Shown: in pieces, positions 20,193 through 28,686 of the stretch
Layout of the letters: each line of letters opens with the position of its first letter
Position numbering within the stretch: position 1 is the stretch's first letter
Origin: Acidobacteriota bacterium
GTDB lineage: Bacteria > Acidobacteriota > Thermoanaerobaculia > Gp7-AA8
Reading direction: 5' to 3'
Assembly (NCBI GenBank): GCA_021325515.1
Contig: JAJPHC010000030.1
Span: 78,976 to 142,975, forward strand
Length of the DNA: 64,000 nt
Program-made: the position numbers and the translations under genes
Notes under the pieces: model-generated
Seen by the model: only the letters and a program-made list of their open reading frames with translations
Told to the model about the DNA's origin: nothing
Databases searched by the model: none

Positions 20193-22976
20193 ATGAAGAC
20201 TTATTACAGAAGCATCGAAGAGCTCGAGACGCCGGTTGCGCCACGCGATGCGAATGACGACGGCCGCAATGAGGTCGATCGCCGCGACTTCCTGAAGCTC
20301 GCCGGATTCTCCGTCGCCGCTGTTGCTGCAACGGCTTGTCAGAGATCCTCCGTAGAGAAGGCGATTCCGTATCTCACTGCGCCGGAGGAGATCGTCCCCG
20401 GCCGCGCCTACTACGTTGCATCGACGTGCCACGGCTGTCCCGCGCGTTGCGGAATTCTCGTCAAGTGCCGCGACGGCCGGCCGATCAAGATCGAAGGGAA
20501 TCCCGATCATCCGCTCTCCCGCGGAGGCCTCTGCGCCATCGGCCAGGCCACGGTTCTCGGTCTCTATGATTCGCTGCGCCTTTCCGGCCCGATGCTCGGC
20601 GGCAAACCTTCGGACTGGCAGCAGGTCGATGCACTCATCGCACAGAAGCTCTCTTCTGCACGCCGGGTGCGCGTGCTGACATCGACGATTCCCAGCCCTG
20701 CCACCAAACGGTCGATCGATGCCTTCCTGGCCCGCTTCGCCGACGGAAAGCATGTCGTCTACGACACTCTCTCCTGCAGCGCGATTGCAGACGCGCACGA
20801 GGAAACGCACGGCGTCCGCGCGGTTCCGCACTATCGCTTCGACAAAGCCTCCGTCGTTCTCAGCCTCGACGCCGACTTTCTCGGCACATGGCTCTCGCCG
20901 GTCGAATTCACGAAACAATGGAGCGCGCGCCGGCCGTGGCATATCCAGCTCGAGCCTCGCATGTCGCTCACCGGATCCAACGCCAGCCAGCGGCTGCGGA
21001 TGCATCCGGCGGAGGCGGGCCTCGTGCTCGCCCATCTCGCAGCCGCGTTCGGGGCACCGTTTTCGAACCTGCCCCCGCTGCCCTTCAAGCAGGTCGTCTT
21101 CGATCGGATCGTCGAGCGGCTGCGCGCGGCGAAAGGAGAGTCGCTCGTCGTCGCCGGCGGCAATGACATCGAGGTGCAGCGGCTTGTTAACTTCGTCAAT
21201 GAGGCGCTGGGCAACTATGGAGCGGCCGTCGAGATCGGAGCTCCCTCGCTGCAGAGGCAGGGAAACGAGCGGGATCTGGCGGCGCTCGCCGATGCGGACG
21301 CGCTCTTCATCGCCGGCTGCAATCCCGTCTATGACCTGCCGCAGGGCAGCGAGCTCGCAAAGCAGCTTGCGGCGATTCCCCTCGTCGTCTCGTTCGCAAC
21401 GCACGCCGACGAGACGTCGAAGTACGCGCATGCCATCTGTCCCGACCATCATTTCCTCGAGTCGTGGGACGACAACGAGCCTGTGGCCGGCGTCTACTCG
21501 GTGACCCAACCAGCGATTGCACCTCTGCGCAACACGCGCGGAGTCATGGAGAGCTTCGCCACATGGAGCGGAGCACCGGCGAGCGCGTATCAGCAGATCA
21601 AGTCGCAGTTCACCGGCGACTGGGACAAGACCCTGCAGACCGGCGCCGTTGTCCGTGAAGTGCGGACGTCCTCGCCCGCACGTACGAATTTCAAGCCCGA
21701 ATATGGCCCACGAAGTGCGGATGAGACGTCCGCATCCCACTACACCCTTGTCCTCTATCCGGCCGTTGCCATGCTCGACGGCCGCCACGCACACAATGCC
21801 TGGCTTCACGAGCTGCCCGATCCGGTCACAAAGGTCACCTGGGACAATTACGCCTCCGTCTCCCCTGCCACGGCCACGAAGCACGCGCTCAAGGACGGCG
21901 ATATCGTCCGTATCGGCGACGTCGAGCTCCCGGCGTTCGTCCAGCCCGGCCAGCACGACGGCGTCGTCGCCATCGCGATCGGTTACGGTCGCATCGGTAC
22001 CGACCGCTTCGCGAAGAGCGGGCCGAAGTGGCTCCTCGGCCGCACATGGCTGCATCGCGGGGAGACCGTCGGCAAGCGGGTGATCCAACTGGCGAATCAG
22101 CCGGCCGTCACGATCACGAAGACGGGACGGAGCACAGCACTCGCCTCGACGCAGCTTCACAACAAGGCAGAGGGCCGGCCGCTGTTCGGCCCTGAAGAGA
22201 AGAGCACAGCCGGCAATGGACTCTGGCCCGTCAAGAACAAGGGCCAGCATCAGTGGGCAATGGCGATCGATCTCGCCAGATGCACCGGCTGCTCGGCATG
22301 CGTCATCGCCTGCCAGGCCGAGAACAACGTCCCGGTCGTCGGGAAGGACGAAGTCGTGCGCGAGCGCGAGATGCACTGGATCCGCATCGACCGCTATTAC
22401 GCCGGCGAAGGCGATGACCTCGAAACCGTGCATCAGCCGGTCATGTGCATGCATTGTGGCAACGCGCCGTGCGAGACCGTCTGCCCGGTGCTGGCTACAG
22501 TGCATTCATCGGACGGACTCAACCAGCAGGTCTACAACCGCTGCGTCGGAACGCGCTACTGCGCGAACAACTGCCCCTATAAGGCGCGCCGCTTCAACTG
22601 GTTCGACTATCCGCACGACGACCGTTTCGCGAATCTCGTTCTCAATCCCGACGTCACCGTGCGCAGCCGGGGCGTGATGGAGAAGTGCTCGATGTGCGTG
22701 CAGCGCATCGAAGAGGCGCGCATCGAAGCGAAGCAGAAGGGCATCGCGATTCCCGACGGCGCCATTCGAATGGCGTGCGAGCAGTCGTGTGCCGCCGACG
22801 CGATCGTCTTCGGCGATCTCAATGACCCGGCGAGCAGGATCAGCGCCGCGCGCAGGAGCAACCGCCACTTCCGCCTTCTCGAAGAGCTGAACGTGCAGCC
22901 GGCGGTGGGCTATTTGGCTCTCACTTCATCCCGAGCCGAAGGCGAGGGATCAACGACGGCGCCGCGCGAATCATGA
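20193..22976 (+). CDS. actB: Alternative complex III molybdopterin-oxidoreductase-like plus Fe-S subunit
   Basis: Tat motif DRRDFLK followed by a Cys. GRPIKIEGNPDHP and WLHELPDPVTK motifs. C-terminal 4Fe-4S domain (CTGCSAC, CMHC, RCVGTRYCANNCPY, EKCSMC). Confidence 0.92.
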   Translation: MKTYYRSIEELETPVAPRDANDDGRNEVDRRDFLKLAGFSVAAVAATACQRSSVEKAIPYLTAPEEIVPGRAYYVASTCHGCPARCGILVKCRDGRPIKIEGNPDHPLSRGGLCAIGQATVLGLYDSLRLSGPMLGGKPSDWQQVDALIAQKLSSARRVRVLTSTIPSPATKRSIDAFLARFADGKHVVYDTLSCSAIADAHEETHGVRAVPHYRFDKASVVLSLDADFLGTWLSPVEFTKQWSARRPWHIQLEPRMSLTGSNASQRLRMHPAEAGLVLAHLAAAFGAPFSNLPPLPFKQVVFDRIVERLRAAKGESLVVAGGNDIEVQRLVNFVNEALGNYGAAVEIGAPSLQRQGNERDLAALADADALFIAGCNPVYDLPQGSELAKQLAAIPLVVSFATHADETSKYAHAICPDHHFLESWDDNEPVAGVYSVTQPAIAPLRNTRGVMESFATWSGAPASAYQQIKSQFTGDWDKTLQTGAVVREVRTSSPARTNFKPEYGPRSADETSASHYTLVLYPAVAMLDGRHAHNAWLHELPDPVTKVTWDNYASVSPATATKHALKDGDIVRIGDVELPAFVQPGQHDGVVAIAIGYGRIGTDRFAKSGPKWLLGRTWLHRGETVGKRVIQLANQPAVTITKTGRSTALASTQLHNKAEGRPLFGPEEKSTAGNGLWPVKNKGQHQWAMAIDLARCTGCSACVIACQAENNVPVVGKDEVVREREMHWIRIDRYYAGEGDDLETVHQPVMCMHCGNAPCETVCPVLATVHSSDGLNQQVYNRCVGTRYCANNCPYKARRFNWFDYPHDDRFANLVLNPDVTVRSRGVMEKCSMCVQRIEEARIEAKQKGIAIPDGAIRMACEQSCAADAIVFGDLNDPASRISAARRSNRHFRLLEELNVQPAVGYLALTSSRAEGEGSTTAPRES
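21655..21740. repeat. REP doublet embedded in-frame in actB
   Basis: Imperfect inverted arms gtgaagtgcggacgtcctcgcccgcac and gtgcggatgagacgtccgcatcccac. A related copy lies at about 26473-26498. Confidence 0.75.
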
Positions 22977-23055
22977 TCGGAGGATGCACGTGACCGCTAC
23001 CACAATCGACTCCAGCGCGGCTGCTCCGTTGATGCCTCACTCCGTTCGGCATGAA
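22925..23055. repeat. Palindromic element spanning the actB/actC junction
   Basis: Arms ttcatcccgagccgaaggcgagggatcaacg and cgttgatgcctcactccgttcggcatgaa. Same family as 55976-56072. Confidence 0.7.
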
Positions 23056-24849
23056 CTTGTAGAGCCCCTAATCCTCGGCAAAAAATCGGCTGCGGATGTC
23101 ACGAACGACATCTGCGCTCCGCTCGAGCGCCGGGCCACACCGCTCTGGTGGATCGCGTTCCTCGCATCGACGGCATTGATGATCACCGGCCTCATCGCGA
23201 TCGCTTACGAGATCAGCACAGGCATCGGCACATGGGGCCTCAATAAGACCGTCGGATGGGCGTTCGACATCACAAACTTCGTCTTCTGGGTCGGCATCGG
23301 TCATGCCGGCACGCTCATCTCCGCGGTTCTCTTCCTCGTCCGGCAGAAGTGGCGCACCTCGGTGAATCGAAGCGCCGAGGCGATGACGCTGTTCGCGGTG
23401 ATCTGCGCGGCGATCTTCCCGCTCATTCACATGGGCCGCCCGTGGCTCGCATTCTGGGTCTTCCCTTATCCCAATACACGCGGCTCCCTCTGGGTGAACT
23501 TCCGCTCGCCGCTGTTGTGGGACGTCTTCGCAATCAGCGTGTACTTCACGGTGTCCGCGGTGTTCTGGTTCATCGGGCTGATTCCCGATCTCGCGTCGAT
23601 CCGCGACCGTTCGCGAGGTTTGCGCAAAGCGATTTTCGGCGCGCTCTCCTGCGGCTGGAACGGATCGCTGAAGACATGGACGCGCTACGAGAAGATGTAT
23701 CTGCTGCTCGCCGGTCTTGCGACGCCGCTCGTCCTCTCGGTGCATTCAATCGTTAGCTTCGATTTCGCCACGTCGCTGCTTCCGGGCTGGCATGCGACGA
23801 TTTTTCCGCCTTACTTCGTCGCCGGCGCGATCTTTTCCGGAATGGCGATGGTCCTGACGCTGATGCTGATCGCCCGCGCCGTCATGCCCGCCCTGCGCGA
23901 CTACCTGACACACAACCACATCGACGCGATGACCAGGCTCGTCCTGCTCACCTCCGGCTTCGTGGCACTCGCTTACAGCACGGAGTTCTTCACGGCGATG
24001 TACAGCGGCAACCGGTACGAGCGCTATGTCTTCATCAACCGCGCGCTCGGCCCCTTCGCGTGGGGCTACTGGACGATGGTCACCTGCAATGTCGTCATCC
24101 CGCAGCTCTACTGGTTCCGCCGCGTGCGCCGGAATCTCCTCGCCGTCTTCGCCATCTCGATTTTCGTGAACATCGGGATGTGGTTCGAGCGCTTCATCAT
24201 CATCGTCACGTCGCTGCACCGCGACTACCTCCCGTCGAGCTGGGCGAACTATTCGCCGACCATCATCGAGATCCTCACGTTTGCCGGAACATTCGGCCTC
24301 TTCTTCACTGCATTTCTTCTCTTCTGCCGGTTCCTGCCGATGGTCGCCATGGCGGAAGTGAAGGGCGTGCTGCACCGTCCGGAAGAGGCGGAGCTGGCCC
24401 GCGCGGTGCGCGACCTCAAGAGGAACGGCTATGACATCGAGGATGTCCGGACGCCCTATGCGGTGCATGGCCTGGAGAAGGTCGCGGGCATTCCACCGAG
24501 CCGTCTAGGATGGGCGTGCGCGATCGGCGGCTTCAGCGGCGCGGCTCTGATTCTTCTCTTCGAGTCATGGACGTCGGCATCGAGCTGGGCGCTGGATGTC
24601 GGCGGCAAGCCGTTCAACTCGATCCCCGCCTTCATCCCCGTCACCTTCGAGGTCGGCGTTCTCCTCGGCGCCTTCGCGACCGTGCTGGCGTTCTTCGTCC
24701 GCAGCCGCCTCTGGCCCGGCCGCAGGGGCGAGGCGGTCAACGAAGACTTCACGATCGTCGTGCGTGCGCACAATGCCGCGTTCGACCGCAGCGAGGCCGA
24801 GCGGATCACCACGGCCACCCAGACCCTGCTCGTGGTGCAGGAGGACTAA
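22984..24849 (+). CDS. actC: Fused ActC (NrfD/PsrC family) and ActD (DUF3341-like) subunit of alternative complex III
   Basis: ActC motifs FVFWVGIGHAGTLISA, NFRSPLLWD and GMWFERF, then in frame the ActD motifs TPYAVHGLE, VGGKPFNS.PAFIPVTFE. Confidence 0.88.
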   Translation: MHVTATTIDSSAAAPLMPHSVRHELVEPLILGKKSAADVTNDICAPLERRATPLWWIAFLASTALMITGLIAIAYEISTGIGTWGLNKTVGWAFDITNFVFWVGIGHAGTLISAVLFLVRQKWRTSVNRSAEAMTLFAVICAAIFPLIHMGRPWLAFWVFPYPNTRGSLWVNFRSPLLWDVFAISVYFTVSAVFWFIGLIPDLASIRDRSRGLRKAIFGALSCGWNGSLKTWTRYEKMYLLLAGLATPLVLSVHSIVSFDFATSLLPGWHATIFPPYFVAGAIFSGMAMVLTLMLIARAVMPALRDYLTHNHIDAMTRLVLLTSGFVALAYSTEFFTAMYSGNRYERYVFINRALGPFAWGYWTMVTCNVVIPQLYWFRRVRRNLLAVFAISIFVNIGMWFERFIIIVTSLHRDYLPSSWANYSPTIIEILTFAGTFGLFFTAFLLFCRFLPMVAMAEVKGVLHRPEEAELARAVRDLKRNGYDIEDVRTPYAVHGLEKVAGIPPSRLGWACAIGGFSGAALILLFESWTSASSWALDVGGKPFNSIPAFIPVTFEVGVLLGAFATVLAFFVRSRLWPGRRGEAVNEDFTIVVRAHNAAFDRSEAERITTATQTLLVVQED

Positions 24850-24851
24850 CC

Positions 24852-25421
24852 ATGCGCCGCACCATCATCAATTCACTGCTGCTGGCCGCGACTGCCGCCT
24901 TCCTGTCGCTCAACTGGATTCTTCAGGCCGATCCCAATCAGCGGAATTTCGAGGTCCTGCCCGACATGGCGCACTCGATTCCTTATGACTCGTATGCGTC
25001 GAATCCGAATTTTCGGGATGGCATGACGCTGCGCCTGCCCGTCGCCGGTACTGTGATCCGCGGCATCACGCCTCTGCACTATGCTGCGACGCCCGCCGAT
25101 GCGGAGCGGGCCGGGCGCGTGCTCGTCAATCCTTATCCGGCGACGGATGCCGCGGCACGCACGCGCGGCGCCGCCATCTACAACACCTATTGCGAGATCT
25201 GCCACGGCGTCAGCGGCAAGGGCGACGGAATCGTCGCGCAGAGAGGCTTCCCCACACCCCCGTCACTGCTCGCGCCCAATGCCCTCGGACTGCCCGACGG
25301 GCGCATCTTTCACATCATCACTTACGGCCAGAAGAACATGCCTTCTTACGCATCGCAGATCGATCGCGATGACCGCTGGAAAGCGATTCTCTACGTGCGC
25401 TCGCTGCAGAGAGGCAAATGA
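24852..25421 (+). CDS. actE: Alternative complex III monoheme cytochrome c
   Basis: Motifs PDMAHS, LRLPVAGTV, CEICHG and GRIFHIITYG..MPSY. Confidence 0.88.
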   Translation: MRRTIINSLLLAATAAFLSLNWILQADPNQRNFEVLPDMAHSIPYDSYASNPNFRDGMTLRLPVAGTVIRGITPLHYAATPADAERAGRVLVNPYPATDAAARTRGAAIYNTYCEICHGVSGKGDGIVAQRGFPTPPSLLAPNALGLPDGRIFHIITYGQKNMPSYASQIDRDDRWKAILYVRSLQRGK

Positions 25422-26470
25422 TGAATTCGCGCATTCTCTTTCCCGTTCTCACACTGATCGCGTTCGCGACAGGAATGGCCGTCACCGGCGCCGTGCTCGC
25501 ACCGGACGATGTGTGGCCGAACGTGCTCGTATCGGGATTGTTCCTGACGGGAATCGGACTCGCCGGCGGATTCGTCGTCGCGGTCCACGATCTCAGCGGC
25601 GCGCACTGGCTGGGGCCGCTGCGCCGCATCGCCTGCTCGTTCACGCGGCTCGTTCTCCCCGGCGCGGCGGTCGTGCTCGTCGCGATCCTCTTCGGAGGCT
25701 CGCATCTCTATCCCGCATTTCATGAGCACCTGCCGGGCTTCAAAGGCGTGTGGCTCGGACGGACCTTCTTCACACTGCGCGCATTCGGATACGCAGCCGC
25801 GTGGGCCGTGGCGCTCCGTCTGCTGCACAAGAAGCGCGCTTCCGCGTTCTATATCGTCGTCTTCGGATTCACGGTGTGGCTGTCGGGCGTTGACTGGGTC
25901 ATGTCGCTCGAGCCCCACTGGTCGAGCACGATCTTCGGCGTCTATCACTTCGCCGGACTCGTGACGGCGGGTCTCGCCGCGATCATCATCGTCGCCGTCC
26001 ATCGCTCACGGACTGATTCCGCGATCACCTCAGACCATCTGCACGATCTGGCGAAGCTGCTCTTCGCGTTCAGCACATTCTGGATGTACATCTGGTTCAG
26101 CCAGAGCATGTTGATCTGGTACGGCAACATGCACGAAGAGACCGGCTATTACCTGCTGCGCGCCTATGGCAACTGGGGCGTGCTGTTCTGGACGACCGTC
26201 GCTCTGATGTGGGTGATCCCGTTCTTCGTCCTGCTGCCGGAGACGACGAAACGCAATCGGACGATTCTCACGCGCATCGCCATCGTCATCCTCGTAGGGC
26301 ACTGGCTGGATCTGTATGTGTCGGTCGTGCCGGCAATCTCACCCGACGCCCGATTGACGGGATGGGAGCTCGCGCTGGCACTGGGTACGTTTGCCGCCGT
26401 CGGCCTCGCGGCAACACGGCGGGAGCGCGACCTGGAGGAAGCCGTCGTCGTGCTGGACCTCGCACGTTGA
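25418..26470 (+). CDS. actF: Alternative complex III membrane subunit
   Basis: Motifs DWVMSLEPHWSSTIFG, HDLAKLLFAFS.FW.Y.WFSQ.MLIWYGN. Confidence 0.88.
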   Translation: MMNSRILFPVLTLIAFATGMAVTGAVLAPDDVWPNVLVSGLFLTGIGLAGGFVVAVHDLSGAHWLGPLRRIACSFTRLVLPGAAVVLVAILFGGSHLYPAFHEHLPGFKGVWLGRTFFTLRAFGYAAAWAVALRLLHKKRASAFYIVVFGFTVWLSGVDWVMSLEPHWSSTIFGVYHFAGLVTAGLAAIIIVAVHRSRTDSAITSDHLHDLAKLLFAFSTFWMYIWFSQSMLIWYGNMHEETGYYLLRAYGNWGVLFWTTVALMWVIPFFVLLPETTKRNRTILTRIAIVILVGHWLDLYVSVVPAISPDARLTGWELALALGTFAAVGLAATRRERDLEEAVVVLDLAR

Positions 26471-26472
26471 GA

Positions 26473-26498
26473 GTGGAGAGCGGACGCCTCGTCCGCAC
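26473..26498. repeat. Single REP copy (gcggacgcctcgtccgc) after actF
   Basis: Hairpin related to the element inside actB. Confidence 0.6.
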
Positions 26499-26503
26499 AT
26501 GGA

Positions 26504-27190
26504 TCACGCGATGCAGACGCGGTTTCTGCCTGCGCGCTTGGCTTGATAGAGCTGCGCATCCGCTCGCTCAACCAGCGACTGCACCGTGTCGCCTTTGCGC
26601 AGCGATGTGGCGCCGAGGCTGATGGTGGCGCGCATCTGGTGATCGTCGAACTCGAAGATCGCGCCGTCGATCATCGCCCGGATTCTCTCGCAGAATCCCG
26701 CCGCTTCGTCGAGGCCAGTCTCCGGCAGCACGACCGCGAACTCCTCGCCGCCGTAGCGCGAGAAGAGCTCGTCGCGCCGCACCGACGCGGCCACATATTG
26801 CGCGATGCCCACCAGCATGCGGTCTCCTGCAAGGTGGCCGAACGAGTCGTTGATCCGCTTGAAGTGGTCGATGTCGAACATCACCAGCGACAACGGCCGT
26901 TCGTGGCGCACCGCGCGCGCGATCTCGCGCTCGAGAAAATCGAGCAGATGCCGCTTGTTCGCCGCCTGCGTCAATCCGTCGGTGATCGCGAGGTGGTAGA
27001 TCTCCTCGTGGTACATCGCCTCGACATTTCCGCCGGCGATGAACTTCAGCACCGAGCCGCCGCAGCGGATCAGATCCCCGTTCTCCAGCCGCCGCGGCCC
27101 TTCGATCGGGGCATCGTTGACGAATGTGCCATTCGTGCTGCCGAGATCCTCGATGCGATAGACGTTGCCGGCGAGAAAAATCCGCGCGTT
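26504..27190 (-). pseudogene. FHA-GGDEF diguanylate cyclase, 5'-truncated
   Basis: C-terminal half of FHA (DLGSTNGTFVN) and an intact GGDEF domain (DIDHFK, RYGGEEF). N-terminal FHA GR and SxxH motifs are absent. May still be expressed from an internal ATG. Confidence 0.7.
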
Positions 27191-27778
27191 CGCGGCGTGC
27201 ATCGCGCTCTGGTTCATGGTCGCGTCCTTTCTCGCGTTCCACGCGATGTTCGACGCATCCGAGTTGCTGCGTGGCACGTGGATGATGGAACGTTGTCATG
27301 TTTCGCCGCGGCGATGGGTGCAGATCACGACGTGCCTCGAGCAAACCATGCTGCCGCTCGAGTCGCTCTTTCCGGCAGCCACGGGATGCGTGATCGATGT
27401 CTTCGATCCGCTGGTAACGACGGAACCGGCACTCGCGAGGGCGCGTCAAAGCACTCGAGCTGGACGTCGACCATCAACGCCGTCGAAGATGGCTCCGCAG
27501 ACCTCGTGCTGATCATCCTGTCCGCGCACGAGATCCGCGATCGGCGCGAGCGCGAGCGCCTCTTTCACGAGAGCGCGAGAATGCTCGCGGACTCGGGGCG
27601 GATCGTTCTCGTCGAGCATCTGCGTGATGTCGCCGCGGCGCTCGCATTTGGACCGGGGCTGTTTCACTTTTACCCGCGCAGCATCTGGCTGAAGCAGGTT
27701 GCGTCGGCGCGGCTCGCGATTCGCGATGAGCTCGCGATCACGCCGTTCGTGCGGGTGTTCGTTCTGGAGCGAGTGTGA
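27190..27778 (+). pseudogene. Class I SAM methyltransferase-like gene, 5'-truncated and frameshifted
   Basis: ...FDPLVTTEPALARAR in one frame continues as ADLVLIILSAHEIRD..VEHLRD..ITPFVRVF in another frame after about 27450. Confidence 0.6.
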
Positions 27779-27834
27779 CGAATGAGATTCAACTTTTTTC
27801 GCCAGGGGCACGCCGACGGCGGACGGCGCTGCGC

Positions 27835-28248
27835 TCACCAATACGCCTCGAGGCTGAAGCTTTCGAGACGGTTCGAGAGCTTGCGGTCGAAGGTCGCTAC
27901 AGCGTCGTATCCGTTGGTGGTGGCGAGCGCGACGATCACGGCATCGGTCAGGCCTGCAAGAGATTCAGGCCAGATCTCCAGCACGCGCCGCCACGCGCAG
28001 TCATCGACGATCTGCATGCCGGGAAATTCGGTGATGGCCTGGACGACGGTTGCCACTTGTCTCGACGTCAGCCCGTACTGGCTTTGCAGGACGTACACAA
28101 TCTCGAAGATAACGGACTGCGGAATCATGCCGGCGATCTCGCCTTCTTCCGCGGCGGCCAGCAGAGCCTGCGCGGCGTCTTGCTGCGCCTTGTTACGCTC
28201 GACGAAAAATGAGACGAAAACGTTCGCGTCGGCGACTACGCTGCGCAC
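27835..28248 (-). CDS. vapC: PIN-domain toxin (VapC-like)
   Basis: Motifs VVADANVF, E.VYVL, LTDAVIVA and ATFD. Downstream of an AbrB gene. Confidence 0.85.
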   Translation of the reverse strand: MRSVVADANVFVSFFVERNKAQQDAAQALLAAAEEGEIAGMIPQSVIFEIVYVLQSQYGLTSRQVATVVQAITEFPGMQIVDDCAWRRVLEIWPESLAGLTDAVIVALATTNGYDAVATFDRKLSNRLESFSLEAYW

Positions 28249-28249
28249 G

Positions 28250-28477
28250 TCAGACGCGACCTCGCGTCTTGCGAGCCTGTGCGACGGCGGTCAATGCGTC
28301 GGGGCCATGTTTGATGAAGCCACGCAATGAGTAGAGCGCCGGACGCTCGGTGGTAATGGCGACGCGGCCGCCTTTGATCTCCCACGTCAGTTTGTCGCCG
28401 GCGCCGATGTTGAGCGCTTCTCGAACTTCCTTCGGGACCGTCGTCTGGCCTTTGCTGGTGATTGTCGAGGTGGGCAT
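28250..28477 (-). CDS. vapB: AbrB/MazE/SpoVT-family antitoxin
   Basis: STITSKGQTTVPKEVREAL motif; AAGGAG RBS. Confidence 0.85.
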   Translation of the reverse strand: MPTSTITSKGQTTVPKEVREALNIGAGDKLTWEIKGGRVAITTERPALYSLRGFIKHGPDALTAVAQARKTRGRV

Positions 28478-28549
28478 GGCACGCTTCTCCTTACATATCG
28501 TAACGCAAGTAAGGACACGGCGAAGGCCGCAGAGAACTTTCACGAGGGT

Positions 28550-28626
28550 TGGTGCGCCCAGCAGGATTCGAACCTGCGACCTTTAGCTCCGGAGGCTAAC
28601 GCTCTATCCAGCTGAGCTATGGGCGC
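28550..28626 (-). tRNA. tRNA-Arg(CCG)
   Basis: Cloverleaf with acceptor GCGCCCA/TGGGCGC, anticodon loop CTCCGGA, GGTTCGAATCC T-arm and encoded CCA. Confidence 0.97.
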
Positions 28627-28686
28627 ATCGAGGAGGTGCGGATTGTACGGGGTGCAACGTCCCCGGGCAACCATGCATTTCCGCGC

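Noticed and set aside
26504-28626. Prophage or integrative element at tRNA-Arg
   Set aside because: No integrase, phage genes or att duplication were seen.
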